From: an uncultured Clostridia bacterium
Lineage (GTDB): Bacteria > Bacillota > Clostridia > Oscillospirales > Ruminococcaceae
Length of the DNA: 64,000 nucleotides
Direction of reading: 5' to 3'
NCBI GenBank assembly: GCA_947600065.1
Contig: CANQFZ010000004.1
Coordinates: forward strand, 9,351-73,350
The notes beneath the pieces were generated by a model. The model was not told where the DNA came from, did no database searches, and saw only the letters and a program-made list of their open reading frames with translations. The position numbers were made by a program, and so were the translations under genes. This document shows, one piece after another, positions 20,490-30,417 of this stretch (position 1 is its first letter; the number at the start of each line of letters is the position of its first letter).

Positions 20490-21521
20490 ATGGGACAGGA
20501 GTTTGCATTTATATTTGATATAATAATAATCGCGCTGTTGGTTGGACTTACGTTTGCGGGAGCAAAAAAGGGCTTTGCAAAGGTAATTCTCGAAATGTCT
20601 GCGCTGTTGATCTCGGTCTTTTGCGCATTTACGTTCAGTGCGCCGCTGGCGGATCAGATATATTCGGGCGTAGTAGAAAAGCCTGCCGAAGAGTTTCTTG
20701 ACAGCAAAACGGAAGAGTTCGACGACTTTCTGAATGTCGATTATTTCGGCGGAGCAGAGCTTGCATTTGAAAATGTAAAAATAGACGGAATATATTCCTC
20801 GGCAATGGAACCCGATTATGAGGGAACAAATACCGCCATTATCGACCTTACAAACAAGACCGTCGACCTTTCTGAAACGGGGCTTGAAGAAACAGACCTT
20901 TCTTTTTTCGGAATTGAAAAGGGAAGCGACCTCTCCGATGTCTCGATAAAAACAGTCGAGTTCAGCGCTGAAGATGAGAAAAAATACGGCGTCGGTATGC
21001 TCATAGCCGCGCATTATATTGCTTCCTGCTCTGTCAGCAGCGGAGCAGCCGAGCCCGTCGGAAACCTTTTAAACGAGCTTTCAAAGTTTCTTCCGCCCGA
21101 GTTTATTTCGGGAACATCGGGCGTTACCGTGTCCACAATACGCGGAGTTGTCCTTGCAATGCTCGAAACAAAGCAAACGGCAAAGTCCGCTATAATGAGC
21201 GGGATAATAGAGCCGTATTGCACGATAATTATCAGGACAATATTGTTTATGGTGATATTTATTCTTGCTATGGTCGTGCTTAATCTTATCATAAGATTTG
21301 CGGGAGTTATAAACAAGATCCCCGTTCTGGGACAGGCAAACAAACTGCTCGGAGGAGTTGCGGGATTTTGCGAGGGAGCGGCTGTCGTTCTGATAATATG
21401 CGTTATAACGAGGCTAATTGTTTCGCTCTGCGGCGACACCGCGATACTTTTCAACGAAGCGTCTATCGACAGCACGTTTTTATTCAGGCATATTTACAAT
21501 TTTGATTTCATTAGTTTTTGA
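20490..21521 (+). CDS. CvpA-family membrane protein with a large soluble insert
   Basis: DIII...GAKKGF N-terminus and IPVLGQANKLLGGVAG C-terminus. Confidence 0.75.
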   Translation: MGQEFAFIFDIIIIALLVGLTFAGAKKGFAKVILEMSALLISVFCAFTFSAPLADQIYSGVVEKPAEEFLDSKTEEFDDFLNVDYFGGAELAFENVKIDGIYSSAMEPDYEGTNTAIIDLTNKTVDLSETGLEETDLSFFGIEKGSDLSDVSIKTVEFSAEDEKKYGVGMLIAAHYIASCSVSSGAAEPVGNLLNELSKFLPPEFISGTSGVTVSTIRGVVLAMLETKQTAKSAIMSGIIEPYCTIIIRTILFMVIFILAMVVLNLIIRFAGVINKIPVLGQANKLLGGVAGFCEGAAVVLIICVITRLIVSLCGDTAILFNEASIDSTFLFRHIYNFDFISF

Positions 21522-21541
21522 CAAAGGCAAGGTGATTTTTT

Positions 21542-23893
21542 ATGATGATGTGTTCGCGCTGTAAAAAGCGTCCTGCGGTTTTGTTTATTTCGACAATGGG
21601 CACACAAGGGCGCAAGGACGAGGGTCTGTGCCTTCAATGCGCAAGCGAGCTTAATCTTCCACAGATGAAGGAATTTATGGAAAAATGGGGAATAAACGAA
21701 GACGAAGTAAAGGAAGCAATTGATCAGGCGTTTGACGAAAACGGCACGCTTAAGCCCGATGCGCTATCGGGGCTTTTTGACGCTAAAGATGAAAACGAAG
21801 AAGATCTGCCAGAACCGCCCGAAGCAGACGACAGCGGAGAAGACGACCTATTCGAGCGCGGCGGCGCAGGAACAATGCCGAATTTTCTGAAAAACCTTTT
21901 CGGAAATTCCGATAGTTCCGACAAAGATGAAACCGAAGAAAAGCGGTCAAAAAGGAAACAGGAAAAAACCGACAAAAGGCGCAAATGCCTGGAAACCTTC
22001 TGCACAAACCTTACGCGCCGTGCAAAAGAAGGAAAGATAGACAGGATAGTCGGACGCGAAAAGGAGATATACCGCGTTTTGCAGATATTGTCCAGAAGAA
22101 CAAAGAACAACCCCTGTCTTATAGGTGAACCCGGAGTAGGCAAAACCGCTATTGCCGAGGGCATTGCGCTGAAACTTGCAAGCGGAGACGTCCCTTTTAG
22201 GCTTCAGGGAAAGGAATTATACCTGCTGGATCTTACGGCGCTTGTTGCGGGAACTCAGTTTCGCGGACAGTTTGAGAGCCGCGTTAAAAACCTCATAGAC
22301 GAGGTGAAGAACGCGGGAAACGTTATGCTGTTCGTAGACGAGGTGCATAATCTCGTTGGAACGGGCGGCGACAGCGAGGGCTCTATGAATGCCGCGAATA
22401 TCTTCAAACCCGCGCTTTCGAGGGGAGAATTGCAAGTTATAGGCGCTACAACGTTTTCCGAATACAGAAAGCATATCGAAAAGGACAGCGCGCTTGAGCG
22501 CCGCTTCCAGCCCGTAACTGTAAACGAGCCGACAATTGACGAAACCATTGAACTTATCGGCGGCATAAAGCAGTATTATGAAGAACATCACAAAGTCCGC
22601 GTTTCAGACGAGATAGCTAAAATGTGCGTTCTCTTGTCCGAGCGCTATATAAACGACAGATTCCTGCCCGACAAAGCGATAGACCTGCTCGACGAGAGCT
22701 GCGCCTGCGCTTCGCTCGGAAACAGCAGCATAACGGAGTATGAAAAACTCAAAAAGTTGCTTGATTTCCAAAAAGCCGAGGAGAGCAAGCTCGCCGAGGA
22801 CAGCAACATAGATTACGAGCGTCTCGCAAGGCTGAAGACAGATATCGCGCAGAATGAGCAGAAGCTCGGAGAATTAAAGGCGGAAGCCGCAAAAGCGGAA
22901 GTTACTCTCGACGATCTTTCAAAGGTAATAGAGCTTTGGACGGGTATCCCCGCAAACAAGATCCGCGAAACAGAGTTTAAGAGAATGGCGTCTCTCGAGG
23001 ACAGCCTGAAGGCAAAAATAATCGGACAGGACGAGGCTTGCGAGCTTGTCGCAAAGGCGATAAAGCGCACGAGAGTACAGCTTTCAAACCGCCGCAGACC
23101 TGCTTCGTTTATATTTGTAGGACCGACGGGCGTCGGAAAAACAGAGCTTGTAAAAGTTCTTGCACAGGAAATGTTCGACACGGTAGACCCGCTGATAAGG
23201 CTCGATATGTCAGAGTATATGGAAAAGCACAGCGTGTCAAAGATAATAGGTTCGCCTCCCGGATACGTAGGCTATGACGAAGCGGGACAGCTCACCGAGC
23301 GCGTCCGCAGAAAGCCTTATTCTGTCATTCTCTTTGACGAGATAGAAAAAGCCCACCCCGATGTTATGAACATTCTTCTGCAAATTCTCGACGAGGGAAA
23401 GATAACCGATTCACAGGGCAGAAATGTGAGCTTTGAAAATACCATAATCGCAATGACCTCAAACGCGGGTTCTTCAAACGGAATGAACGGCGTAGGCTTT
23501 GCAAAGTCGGTTGACGATATGAGCAAAGAGCGCGCTATGAAAGGGCTGCGCGATTTCCTGCGCCCCGAATTTATGGCAAGAGTAGACGAGATAGTCTGCT
23601 TCTCTCCGCTAAGCGAGGAAAGCTATGCGAAAATAGCAAAGCTCAATCTCGAAGAACTCAGAGAGCCGCTTTCGGAAAAGAAACTCGAGCTTGATATTGC
23701 TGATGAAGTTTACGCTGTTGTTGCGAAAAAAGCGTTTGGCGGAAAGTTCGGCGGGCGCGATATACGCCGCGTTATACGTTCGGAAATCGAGGACAAGATA
23801 GCTGAGCTTCTTGTTGAAAACAGCGACGAACACTATAGCTCCGTAAAGATCACCACAAACGGCGACGAGATAAAAGTGGAGCTTGTAAAATGA
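21542..23893 (+). CDS. Clp/Hsp100 ATPase (ClpC/ClpE-like with N-terminal Zn finger)
   Basis: CxxC...CxxC N-terminus; two Walker A motifs GEPGVGKT and GPTGVGKT; DEIEKAHPDV. Confidence 0.93.
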   Translation: MMMCSRCKKRPAVLFISTMGTQGRKDEGLCLQCASELNLPQMKEFMEKWGINEDEVKEAIDQAFDENGTLKPDALSGLFDAKDENEEDLPEPPEADDSGEDDLFERGGAGTMPNFLKNLFGNSDSSDKDETEEKRSKRKQEKTDKRRKCLETFCTNLTRRAKEGKIDRIVGREKEIYRVLQILSRRTKNNPCLIGEPGVGKTAIAEGIALKLASGDVPFRLQGKELYLLDLTALVAGTQFRGQFESRVKNLIDEVKNAGNVMLFVDEVHNLVGTGGDSEGSMNAANIFKPALSRGELQVIGATTFSEYRKHIEKDSALERRFQPVTVNEPTIDETIELIGGIKQYYEEHHKVRVSDEIAKMCVLLSERYINDRFLPDKAIDLLDESCACASLGNSSITEYEKLKKLLDFQKAEESKLAEDSNIDYERLARLKTDIAQNEQKLGELKAEAAKAEVTLDDLSKVIELWTGIPANKIRETEFKRMASLEDSLKAKIIGQDEACELVAKAIKRTRVQLSNRRRPASFIFVGPTGVGKTELVKVLAQEMFDTVDPLIRLDMSEYMEKHSVSKIIGSPPGYVGYDEAGQLTERVRRKPYSVILFDEIEKAHPDVMNILLQILDEGKITDSQGRNVSFENTIIAMTSNAGSSNGMNGVGFAKSVDDMSKERAMKGLRDFLRPEFMARVDEIVCFSPLSEESYAKIAKLNLEELREPLSEKKLELDIADEVYAVVAKKAFGGKFGGRDIRRVIRSEIEDKIAELLVENSDEHYSSVKITTNGDEIKVELVK

Positions 23894-24597
23894 GCGTAGT
23901 GCTTATTACGGGCGGAACGGGCGCGATAGGCTCGGCGCTTATTGAGGAGTTTTCAAAAACGGACGACGTTGTTTTCACTTACAATAAGAACGCCAAAAAA
24001 GCCGCGGAGCTTTCGGAAAGTTTGCACTGTAAAGCGATCCAAGCGGACGTGTCCGATATGAACTCCGTGAGAAGCGCTGTAGAAGCTGTTCTAAACGAAT
24101 TTTCGCATATCGACATCCTCGTAAATAACGCGGGCATTTCGCTTATAAAGCCGTTTACGGACATTTCCGAAGCAGAATGGGAAGAACAGCTTTCCGTAAA
24201 TCTTTCGGGAGTTTTCCGAATGACAAAAGCTGTCGTTCCAAGTATGATAAAGCGAAAGAGCGGCGCGGTGGTAAATATTTCCTCGGTATGGGGAGTACAC
24301 GGCGCGTCGTGCGAATCGCCTTATTCCGCGGCAAAGGCGGGGGTAATAGGATTTACGAAAGCGCTTGCAAAAGAACTCGGACCTTCGGGCATAACCGTAA
24401 ACGCCATAGCTCCGGGAGTTATAGAAAGTCCCATGAACAGCAGCCACCTCTCTGATGAGGAACTTTTGGCGCTTTGCGGTGAAACTCCGCTCGGACGTTT
24501 GGGAAAGCCCATTGAAGTCGCAAAGGCAGTCCGCGCTGTCGCGGAAAATAAGTTTATAACAGGGCAGACGCTCGGAGTAGACGGCGGGTTTTATTGA
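23890..24597 (+). CDS. FabG-like short-chain dehydrogenase (YmfI/EfpI-like)
   Basis: TGGTGAIG, NNAG, YSAAK and GQTLGVDGG motifs. Confidence 0.9.
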   Translation: MSVVLITGGTGAIGSALIEEFSKTDDVVFTYNKNAKKAAELSESLHCKAIQADVSDMNSVRSAVEAVLNEFSHIDILVNNAGISLIKPFTDISEAEWEEQLSVNLSGVFRMTKAVVPSMIKRKSGAVVNISSVWGVHGASCESPYSAAKAGVIGFTKALAKELGPSGITVNAIAPGVIESPMNSSHLSDEELLALCGETPLGRLGKPIEVAKAVRAVAENKFITGQTLGVDGGFY

Positions 24598-24750
24598 GGG
24601 AGTTTGTCAAAATATACAAATGTGACTACTAAAAGTTGAAAAAAGTTGTGAGATAATTTTTCGGCAATTTTGCGATAATTTATTGAATTATTCGTGAAAA
24701 TATTGTATAATTGTTATGTATTTTAAGTAAGTAAATTAAAGGAGTATTTT

Positions 24751-25224
24751 ATGAACAATGCGTTGATTTTGATGTCTGAAAACGCAATTGACAGGATACA
24801 GGGTCTTGGCGACGCAAAGCTCCAGTTAGGCGACCCCGATTATTGGAGCTCTGTCGGCATTATCGCATTGACGGGCATTTTGGTCGTTTTCCTGATACTC
24901 GCGATACTTATCTTTATCTTCTGGCTCATGGGCACTATCTTCAAGGTTGTAGACAAGTCCAAGAAAACAAGAGCCGAAGCTAAGAAGAAAGCCGAAGCAG
25001 AAAAGAACGCCGCGAGCGCACAGGCTGCCGCCTTACAGACCGAACAGGCTGAAGAGGCTGTAGCGGAAGAAGAAAGCGACGACGAAGAAATTGTCGCGGT
25101 AATAAGCGCGGCTATCGCTGCATACACGGAGCAGGGCTTTACGATAAAGAGCATAAGAAAGCGCAGTTCGGCGCGTTCTGCTTGGAGTACCGCAGGTATA
25201 AGCGAAAATACCCGTCCGTTCTGA
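24751..25224 (+). CDS. Na+-translocating decarboxylase gamma subunit (OadG family)
   Basis: One TM (GILVVFLILAILI), Ala/Glu/Lys linker, EIVAVISAAIAAY; precedes the beta subunit. Confidence 0.85.
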   Translation: MNNALILMSENAIDRIQGLGDAKLQLGDPDYWSSVGIIALTGILVVFLILAILIFIFWLMGTIFKVVDKSKKTRAEAKKKAEAEKNAASAQAAALQTEQAEEAVAEEESDDEEIVAVISAAIAAYTEQGFTIKSIRKRSSARSAWSTAGISENTRPF

Positions 25225-25243
25225 CGGCGAAAGGAACTGAAAT

Positions 25244-26503
25244 ATGGAAATATTTACTGACACACTCAGAAGTCTGATAGATACTTCGGGCTTCGCTGCG
25301 TTCACCTGGCAGAACGGCGTTATGATACTGCTGTCGTTCGTGCTGTTTTATCTTGCGATAGTAAAGCAGTATGAGCCGCTGCTTATGCTTCCGATAGCGT
25401 TCGGTATGCTGTTGACAAATATCCCGCTCACGGGACTTTACACCCCCGAGTTGTGGGATCCCGCCACAAACCCGTATTATGCTCCCGAATATATAGAAGA
25501 CGGGGCGAATATACTTGTACAGTTCACAAAAGAAACCAGCCTCGATTATGGGCGTGTATTGCATGACGGCGGGCTTTTGGATATGCTGTATCTGGGAGTT
25601 AAGCTCCAGATCTATCCGCCGCTTATATTCCTCGGCATCGGCGCGATGACAGACTTCGGTCCCCTTATCGCAAACCCCAAGAGCTTCCTGCTAGGAGCGG
25701 CGGCGCAGGGCGGTATCTTCTTTACATTTCTCGGCGCTTGTATGCTGAATATGACGGGCATTGCGGACTTTACTCTTAAAGAAGCCGCTTCAATTGCAAT
25801 AATCGGCGGTGCTGACGGTCCTACGGCTATTTACCTCACATCGAAACTTGCTCCGCAGTTGCTTGGTTCAATAGCTGTCGCTGCATATTCGTATATGGCG
25901 CTTGTTCCTGTAATACAGCCGCCCATTATGAGAGCGCTCACAACAAAGAAAGAACGCGCGGTCAAGATGGGACAGCTCCGCGAGGTATCGAAGCTCGAAA
26001 AGGTCGTATTCCCGATAGCCGTAACCGTAATAGTTGCGCTTATCGTTCCGTCGGCTGCGCCGCTTGTCGGCATACTGATGTTCGGAAACCTGATGAAAGA
26101 ATCGGGCGTCTGCGACAGACTAGTTAAAACAGCCACAAACGAGCTTATGAACATAATTACGATATTCCTCGGAGTTACTGTCGGTGCAACAGCGGTCGCG
26201 GAAAACTTCCTGAGTTGGAAGACTATCTTCATAATCATTCTCGGCCTTATCGCGTTCTGTGTTGGAACGGCGTGCGGCGTCCTCCTTGGAAAGCTTATGT
26301 ACCTCATCTCGGGAAAGAAGATAAATCCGCTTATCGGTTCGGCGGGAGTTTCTGCTGTACCTATGGCGGCGCGTGTATCGCAGAAAGAGGGCGCGAGAGA
26401 AAACCCCTCGAACTTCCTGCTTATGCACGCTATGGGTCCGAATGTTGCGGGAGTTATCGGCTCGGCAGTTGCCGCAGGCGTTCTCCTCTCTATTCTCGGA
26501 TAA
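25244..26503 (+). CDS. Na+-translocating decarboxylase beta subunit (OadB/MmdB family)
   Basis: YEPLLMLPIAFG, IIGGADGPT, IGSAGVSAVPMAARV and HAMGPNVAGVIGSAV motifs. Confidence 0.95.
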   Translation: MEIFTDTLRSLIDTSGFAAFTWQNGVMILLSFVLFYLAIVKQYEPLLMLPIAFGMLLTNIPLTGLYTPELWDPATNPYYAPEYIEDGANILVQFTKETSLDYGRVLHDGGLLDMLYLGVKLQIYPPLIFLGIGAMTDFGPLIANPKSFLLGAAAQGGIFFTFLGACMLNMTGIADFTLKEAASIAIIGGADGPTAIYLTSKLAPQLLGSIAVAAYSYMALVPVIQPPIMRALTTKKERAVKMGQLREVSKLEKVVFPIAVTVIVALIVPSAAPLVGILMFGNLMKESGVCDRLVKTATNELMNIITIFLGVTVGATAVAENFLSWKTIFIIILGLIAFCVGTACGVLLGKLMYLISGKKINPLIGSAGVSAVPMAARVSQKEGARENPSNFLLMHAMGPNVAGVIGSAVAAGVLLSILG

Positions 26504-26524
26504 TTGTTGAATAGCAGAACAAAT

Positions 26525-26555
26525 AAAAGGCAAGAGATTTTGCTCTTGCCTTTTT
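26525..26555 (+). terminator. Intrinsic terminator
   Basis: AAAAGGCAAGAG-ATTTTG-CTCTTGCCTTTTT. Confidence 0.8.
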
Positions 26556-26596
26556 ATATAATTGACATCGGTTGAATATGAAAGGAGTAATTTATT

Positions 26597-27244
26597 ATGA
26601 GCGGAACCATCACAGTAAAAGGCGTAGGACGAGTAAAAACGTCTCCCGACTATGTAGTTATTTCAATGAACATAATATCAAAGAACAAAAGCTACGAGGC
26701 GGCAGTAGACGGCGCGAACCGTCGCATTGAGCTTCTCGAAAAGTCGCTTAGTTCGGCAGGCTATGAAAAAGGCAGCCTTAAAACACTTGATTTCTCGGTA
26801 AATACAGTCTATGACAATATAGAGGAAAACGGGCAGTATAAGCGCGTGTTCGGGGGATATTCCTGCGCATATGACTTGAAGCTGTCGTTTGATCTCAGCG
26901 CCGAAGCGCTTGCAAAAACTTTGAACGCCATTGTAAACAGCGGGGCAGACGCTGAATTTTCTATCACATTCACGGTAAAAGAACCCGAAAAGATATCCGA
27001 GAAGCTCCTTGCTTCAGCGACTGAAAACGCAAGAGGAAAAGCCGAGATCCTCTGCAAGGCTTCGGGAAAGGAACTCGGAGAGCTTGTGTCGGTTGTGTAT
27101 AACTGGGGAGAAATAAACGTTGTTTCCGACAGCAATTATAGGTTAATGCGAGCGGAAGCTGTTCCGATGGCTTCTGTCCCCGAGTTCACGCCCGATGACA
27201 TTACTTCGAGCGATACGGTCACATTTGTCTGGGAGATAGACTAA
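26597..27244 (+). CDS. SIMPL-domain (DUF541) protein
   Basis: TITVKGVGRVKTSPD N-terminus, ATENARGKAEIL, C-terminal VTFVWEI. Confidence 0.8.
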   Translation: MSGTITVKGVGRVKTSPDYVVISMNIISKNKSYEAAVDGANRRIELLEKSLSSAGYEKGSLKTLDFSVNTVYDNIEENGQYKRVFGGYSCAYDLKLSFDLSAEALAKTLNAIVNSGADAEFSITFTVKEPEKISEKLLASATENARGKAEILCKASGKELGELVSVVYNWGEINVVSDSNYRLMRAEAVPMASVPEFTPDDITSSDTVTFVWEID

Positions 27245-27273
27245 ATTCATTCCAATACAAAAAAGCGCCCGGC

Positions 27274-27308
27274 TTTTAGAGATAAGATGTTAGAGGTAAG
27301 AGGTAAGA
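27274..27308. repeat. Heptamer tandem repeat, family A (reverse orientation), 5 units
   Basis: ttttaga gataaga tgttaga ggtaaga ggtaaga. Confidence 0.7.
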
Positions 27309-27367
27309 ACTGATTATCAAATCAAGTTTTTTATTTGAAGTTTTTATAGCCTAATTTATTTTAATAC

Positions 27368-27404
27368 AAAAAAAGCGCCCTCCGAAAACAGAGGGCAATT
27401 TTTT
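27368..27404 (-). terminator. Bidirectional terminator
   Basis: A7-GCGCCCTC-loop-GAGGGC-AA-T6. Confidence 0.7.
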
Positions 27405-27453
27405 GTTCCCTTTTCAAATAAACCGAAATGCTCGGAAATTATTTGAACAAGTT

Positions 27454-27555
27454 TTAGTTAAAATAACTGTTCAGCAAGCCCTCAAAAGAGTCCGCCGTGT
27501 TTTCTTCTTTTACAACTTCATAACAATACGCAATAGACAAAAGCATATATTTCAT
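27454..27555 (-). CDS. Unannotated 33-aa protein MKYMLLSIAYCYEVVKEENTADSFEGLLNSYFN
   Basis: RBS AAAGGTGGG, consensus-like promoter upstream, terminator downstream; below the ORF-track length cutoff. Confidence 0.55.
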   Translation of the reverse strand: MKYMLLSIAYCYEVVKEENTADSFEGLLNSYFN

Positions 27556-27715
27556 ATATTTCCCACCTTTCTCTTGTTGTTCTGCACATAAGCGCTTTAT
27601 GTATTGTCCGTTTGCTCTCTGTGTTTATTTACGGAGCAGTTTTTATATATCGGACAAGGCGCTCTCTATATATAAGCAAGTCGGAGCTTTTCGCTCTCTT
27701 TTTCCTTGCACTTAC

Positions 27716-27744
27716 ATTCTATCACCGTTTGACGGATTTGTCAA
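27716..27744 (-). promoter_or_regulatory. SigA promoter on the minus strand
   Basis: TTGACA-17 nt-TAGAAT. Confidence 0.75.
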
Positions 27745-27941
27745 TAGCTGAACCGTGATTTTGGTGATATTCTACAAAAACGTTATATGTTTTTCTGATT
27801 TGGTGAAATTTTTTATATATTTTGTGTAGTTTTTTCTGCCGAAAAACGCCGCGTACATTTTAGAAGTTTAAATCACAAAATAAATTCCTGTTAGTTTAAC
27901 AGCTTAAAAATGTTCAACTATATAAAAGTCAATTCTTTGTC

Positions 27942-27970
27942 TTGACATTTTTTTCAATATGTAGTATAAT
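27942..27970 (+). promoter_or_regulatory. Consensus SigA promoter of aconitase
   Basis: TTGACA-17 nt-TATAAT. Confidence 0.85.
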
Positions 27971-28031
27971 AAAAGCGTAGTATTTACAAGCACATCATAT
28001 GCTGTAAAGCAAATTAAAGGAGGACAAAGAT

Positions 28032-29963
28032 ATGGGACTTACTTTGACGGAGAAAATAATAAAGGCGCATATTGTGGACGGGGAAATGATAAAGGGAACA
28101 GAAATAGGTCTTAAAATAGACCAGACCCTTACTCAGGACGCCACGGGCACAATGGCTTATCTTCAGTTTGAGGCAATGGGCGTTGACCGCGTAAAGACGG
28201 AGCGTTCGGTGGCGTATATCGACCACAATACCCTTCAGAGCGGTTTTGAAAATGCCGACGACCACCGCTTTATAGGCTCGATAGCTAAAAAGCACGGGAT
28301 CTGGTTTTCGCGCCCCGGAAACGGCATTTGCCATCAGGTTCATCTCGAGCGCTTCGGAAAACCCGGAAAGACCCTTATCGGCTCTGACAGCCACACCCCT
28401 ACGGGCGGCGGAATAGGTATGCTCGCTATGGGCGCGGGCGGACTTGACGTTGCGGTTGCAATGGGCGGCGGCGCCTATTACATAACAATGCCGAAAGTCG
28501 TAAAGATAAACCTTTCGGGAAAGCTGGGCGACTGGGTTTCGGCAAAGGACGTTATCCTTGAAGTTCTCCGCAGATTGTCCGTAAAGGGCGGCGTAGGAAA
28601 AGTTATGGAATACTGCGGCGAGGGAATAAAGAGCCTTTCCGTGCCCGAGCGCGCTACAATTACAAATATGGGCGCGGAACTTGGAGCTACCACTTCTATC
28701 TTCCCGTCTGACGAAACGACGCTCGCTTTCCTTAAAGCGCAGGGCAGAGAAGAAGATTATGTCGAGCTTTCTGCTGATGCAGATGCGGTTTATGATGAAG
28801 AAGTCGACATCGACCTTTCAAAGCTCGTGCCGCTTGCGGCTTGTCCTCATTCTCCCGACAACGTAAAGTCTGTCGAGGAAATCGGGCAGATAAAGATAGA
28901 CCAGGTATGCATAGGCTCTTGTACAAACAGCTCTTTGCAGGACATGAGAAAAGTCGCTCATATCCTCAAAGGAAAGACGGTTCACCCCGATGTATCGCTC
29001 AGCATTGCTCCCGGCTCTAAGCAGGTATTTAACCAGATAGCCGAAGAGGGAACTCTTTCGATTTTAATTGCGGCAGGAGCAAGGATACTCGAAAGCGCGT
29101 GCGGTCCTTGTATAGGTATGGGACAGTCGCCTAATTCAAAGGGCGTTTCTCTGCGTACATTCAACCGTAACTTCCTCGGAAGAAGCGGCACAAAAGACGC
29201 GGAAGTTTACCTTGTATCTCCCGAAACGGCTGCTGTTTCGGCGCTTACGGGCGTATTTACCGACCCGCGCACTATAGGCGAAATGCCGCCTTATGTAATG
29301 CCCGAGAGATTTTTGATAAACGACAATATGGTAGTTGCTCCCGCTTCTGTAGAAGAAGCGCCGAGCGTTGAGATACTGCGTGGACCGAACATAAAGCCGT
29401 TCCCCATAAACAAACCGCTTTCGGAGAGCATTGAAAGCGCCGTTACTCTCAAAGTCGGCGACAATATCACCACCGACCACATTATGCCCGCGGGCGCGAA
29501 GATACTGCCGTTAAGGTCTAATATCCCCGCTATCTCGGAGTATTGCTTTACGGTATGCGACGAAACATTCCCGAAGCGTGCGAAAGAGGCGGGAACGTCT
29601 ATAATCGTCGGCGGCTCGAACTACGGACAGGGTTCTTCGAGAGAACATGCCGCGCTTGCTCCGCTGTATCTCGGAGTTAAGGCTATAATCTGCAAGAGCT
29701 TTGCGAGAATACACCGCCAGAACCTTATAAACAACGGCATTCTCCCGCTTGAATTTGCAGACGAAAGCGATTATGACAAGATAGAGCAGGGCGACGAGAT
29801 AGTGATTGCGAATATCCGCGAAATTGTAAAGAACGGCGGAAAGATTATCGTTGAGGATAAGACAAAGGGCTTTTCGTTTGAAGCAAAGTGCGAGCTTTCC
29901 GAGCGCGGAAAAGGCATGATGCTCGCGGGTGGACTGCTTAATTTCACAAAAGAGACTAAGTAA
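28032..29963 (+). CDS. Aconitate hydratase (short clostridial type)
   Basis: GNGICHQVH, DSHT, IGSCTN, ACGPCIGMG and NYGQGSSREHA motifs; clustered with icd and citrate synthase. Confidence 0.93.
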   Translation: MGLTLTEKIIKAHIVDGEMIKGTEIGLKIDQTLTQDATGTMAYLQFEAMGVDRVKTERSVAYIDHNTLQSGFENADDHRFIGSIAKKHGIWFSRPGNGICHQVHLERFGKPGKTLIGSDSHTPTGGGIGMLAMGAGGLDVAVAMGGGAYYITMPKVVKINLSGKLGDWVSAKDVILEVLRRLSVKGGVGKVMEYCGEGIKSLSVPERATITNMGAELGATTSIFPSDETTLAFLKAQGREEDYVELSADADAVYDEEVDIDLSKLVPLAACPHSPDNVKSVEEIGQIKIDQVCIGSCTNSSLQDMRKVAHILKGKTVHPDVSLSIAPGSKQVFNQIAEEGTLSILIAAGARILESACGPCIGMGQSPNSKGVSLRTFNRNFLGRSGTKDAEVYLVSPETAAVSALTGVFTDPRTIGEMPPYVMPERFLINDNMVVAPASVEEAPSVEILRGPNIKPFPINKPLSESIESAVTLKVGDNITTDHIMPAGAKILPLRSNIPAISEYCFTVCDETFPKRAKEAGTSIIVGGSNYGQGSSREHAALAPLYLGVKAIICKSFARIHRQNLINNGILPLEFADESDYDKIEQGDEIVIANIREIVKNGGKIIVEDKTKGFSFEAKCELSERGKGMMLAGGLLNFTKETK

Positions 29964-29977
29964 ACATAAACCGCTTT

Positions 29978-30406
29978 ATGAACAACTATCATAACTACCT
30001 TAGCATAGTGCCCGAGCACAAAGGCTACAGCTATCTCGACACTCTCCCCGAAGTGAAAAACAGGTTCAAGCTCCCGCTTGATGCAGGAGAAAAGGTCGTC
30101 TTTACGGCGAAGAACGTAGATTTCACCACCGAAACGGGCAGAGGTCTGGGCGTAGGTTCAAGGCTTACGCTTACAAACAGGCGGCTCGTCGTTGATAACG
30201 GCTTGGGCGTTTGGACGGTAGATGTTCCCGAGGAAGTCAGAGCCTGCTATATAAAGGATGCGAACGTTCATTCAATTGCGCTCGACCTTTATGATGAGAT
30301 AGTCTGCGGCGATGATGAACATCCGATAGTTATGACAGGTTTTGTTTTTATGTTCAGCCCAAAGGACGAAGCGAGGTTTATGGAAATAATGAACAATTTT
30401 AGGTAA
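29978..30406 (+). CDS. Hypothetical protein (PH-like LTLTNRRLVV motif)
   Basis: 142 aa between aconitase and icd. Confidence 0.6.
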   Translation: MNNYHNYLSIVPEHKGYSYLDTLPEVKNRFKLPLDAGEKVVFTAKNVDFTTETGRGLGVGSRLTLTNRRLVVDNGLGVWTVDVPEEVRACYIKDANVHSIALDLYDEIVCGDDEHPIVMTGFVFMFSPKDEARFMEIMNNFR

Positions 30407-30417
30407 GGACAGGAACC

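Noticed and set aside
27556-27710. T-box leader (AGAGA and GGTGG-like words)
   Set aside because: No GGTGGnACCGCG antiterminator and no amino-acid-related gene downstream
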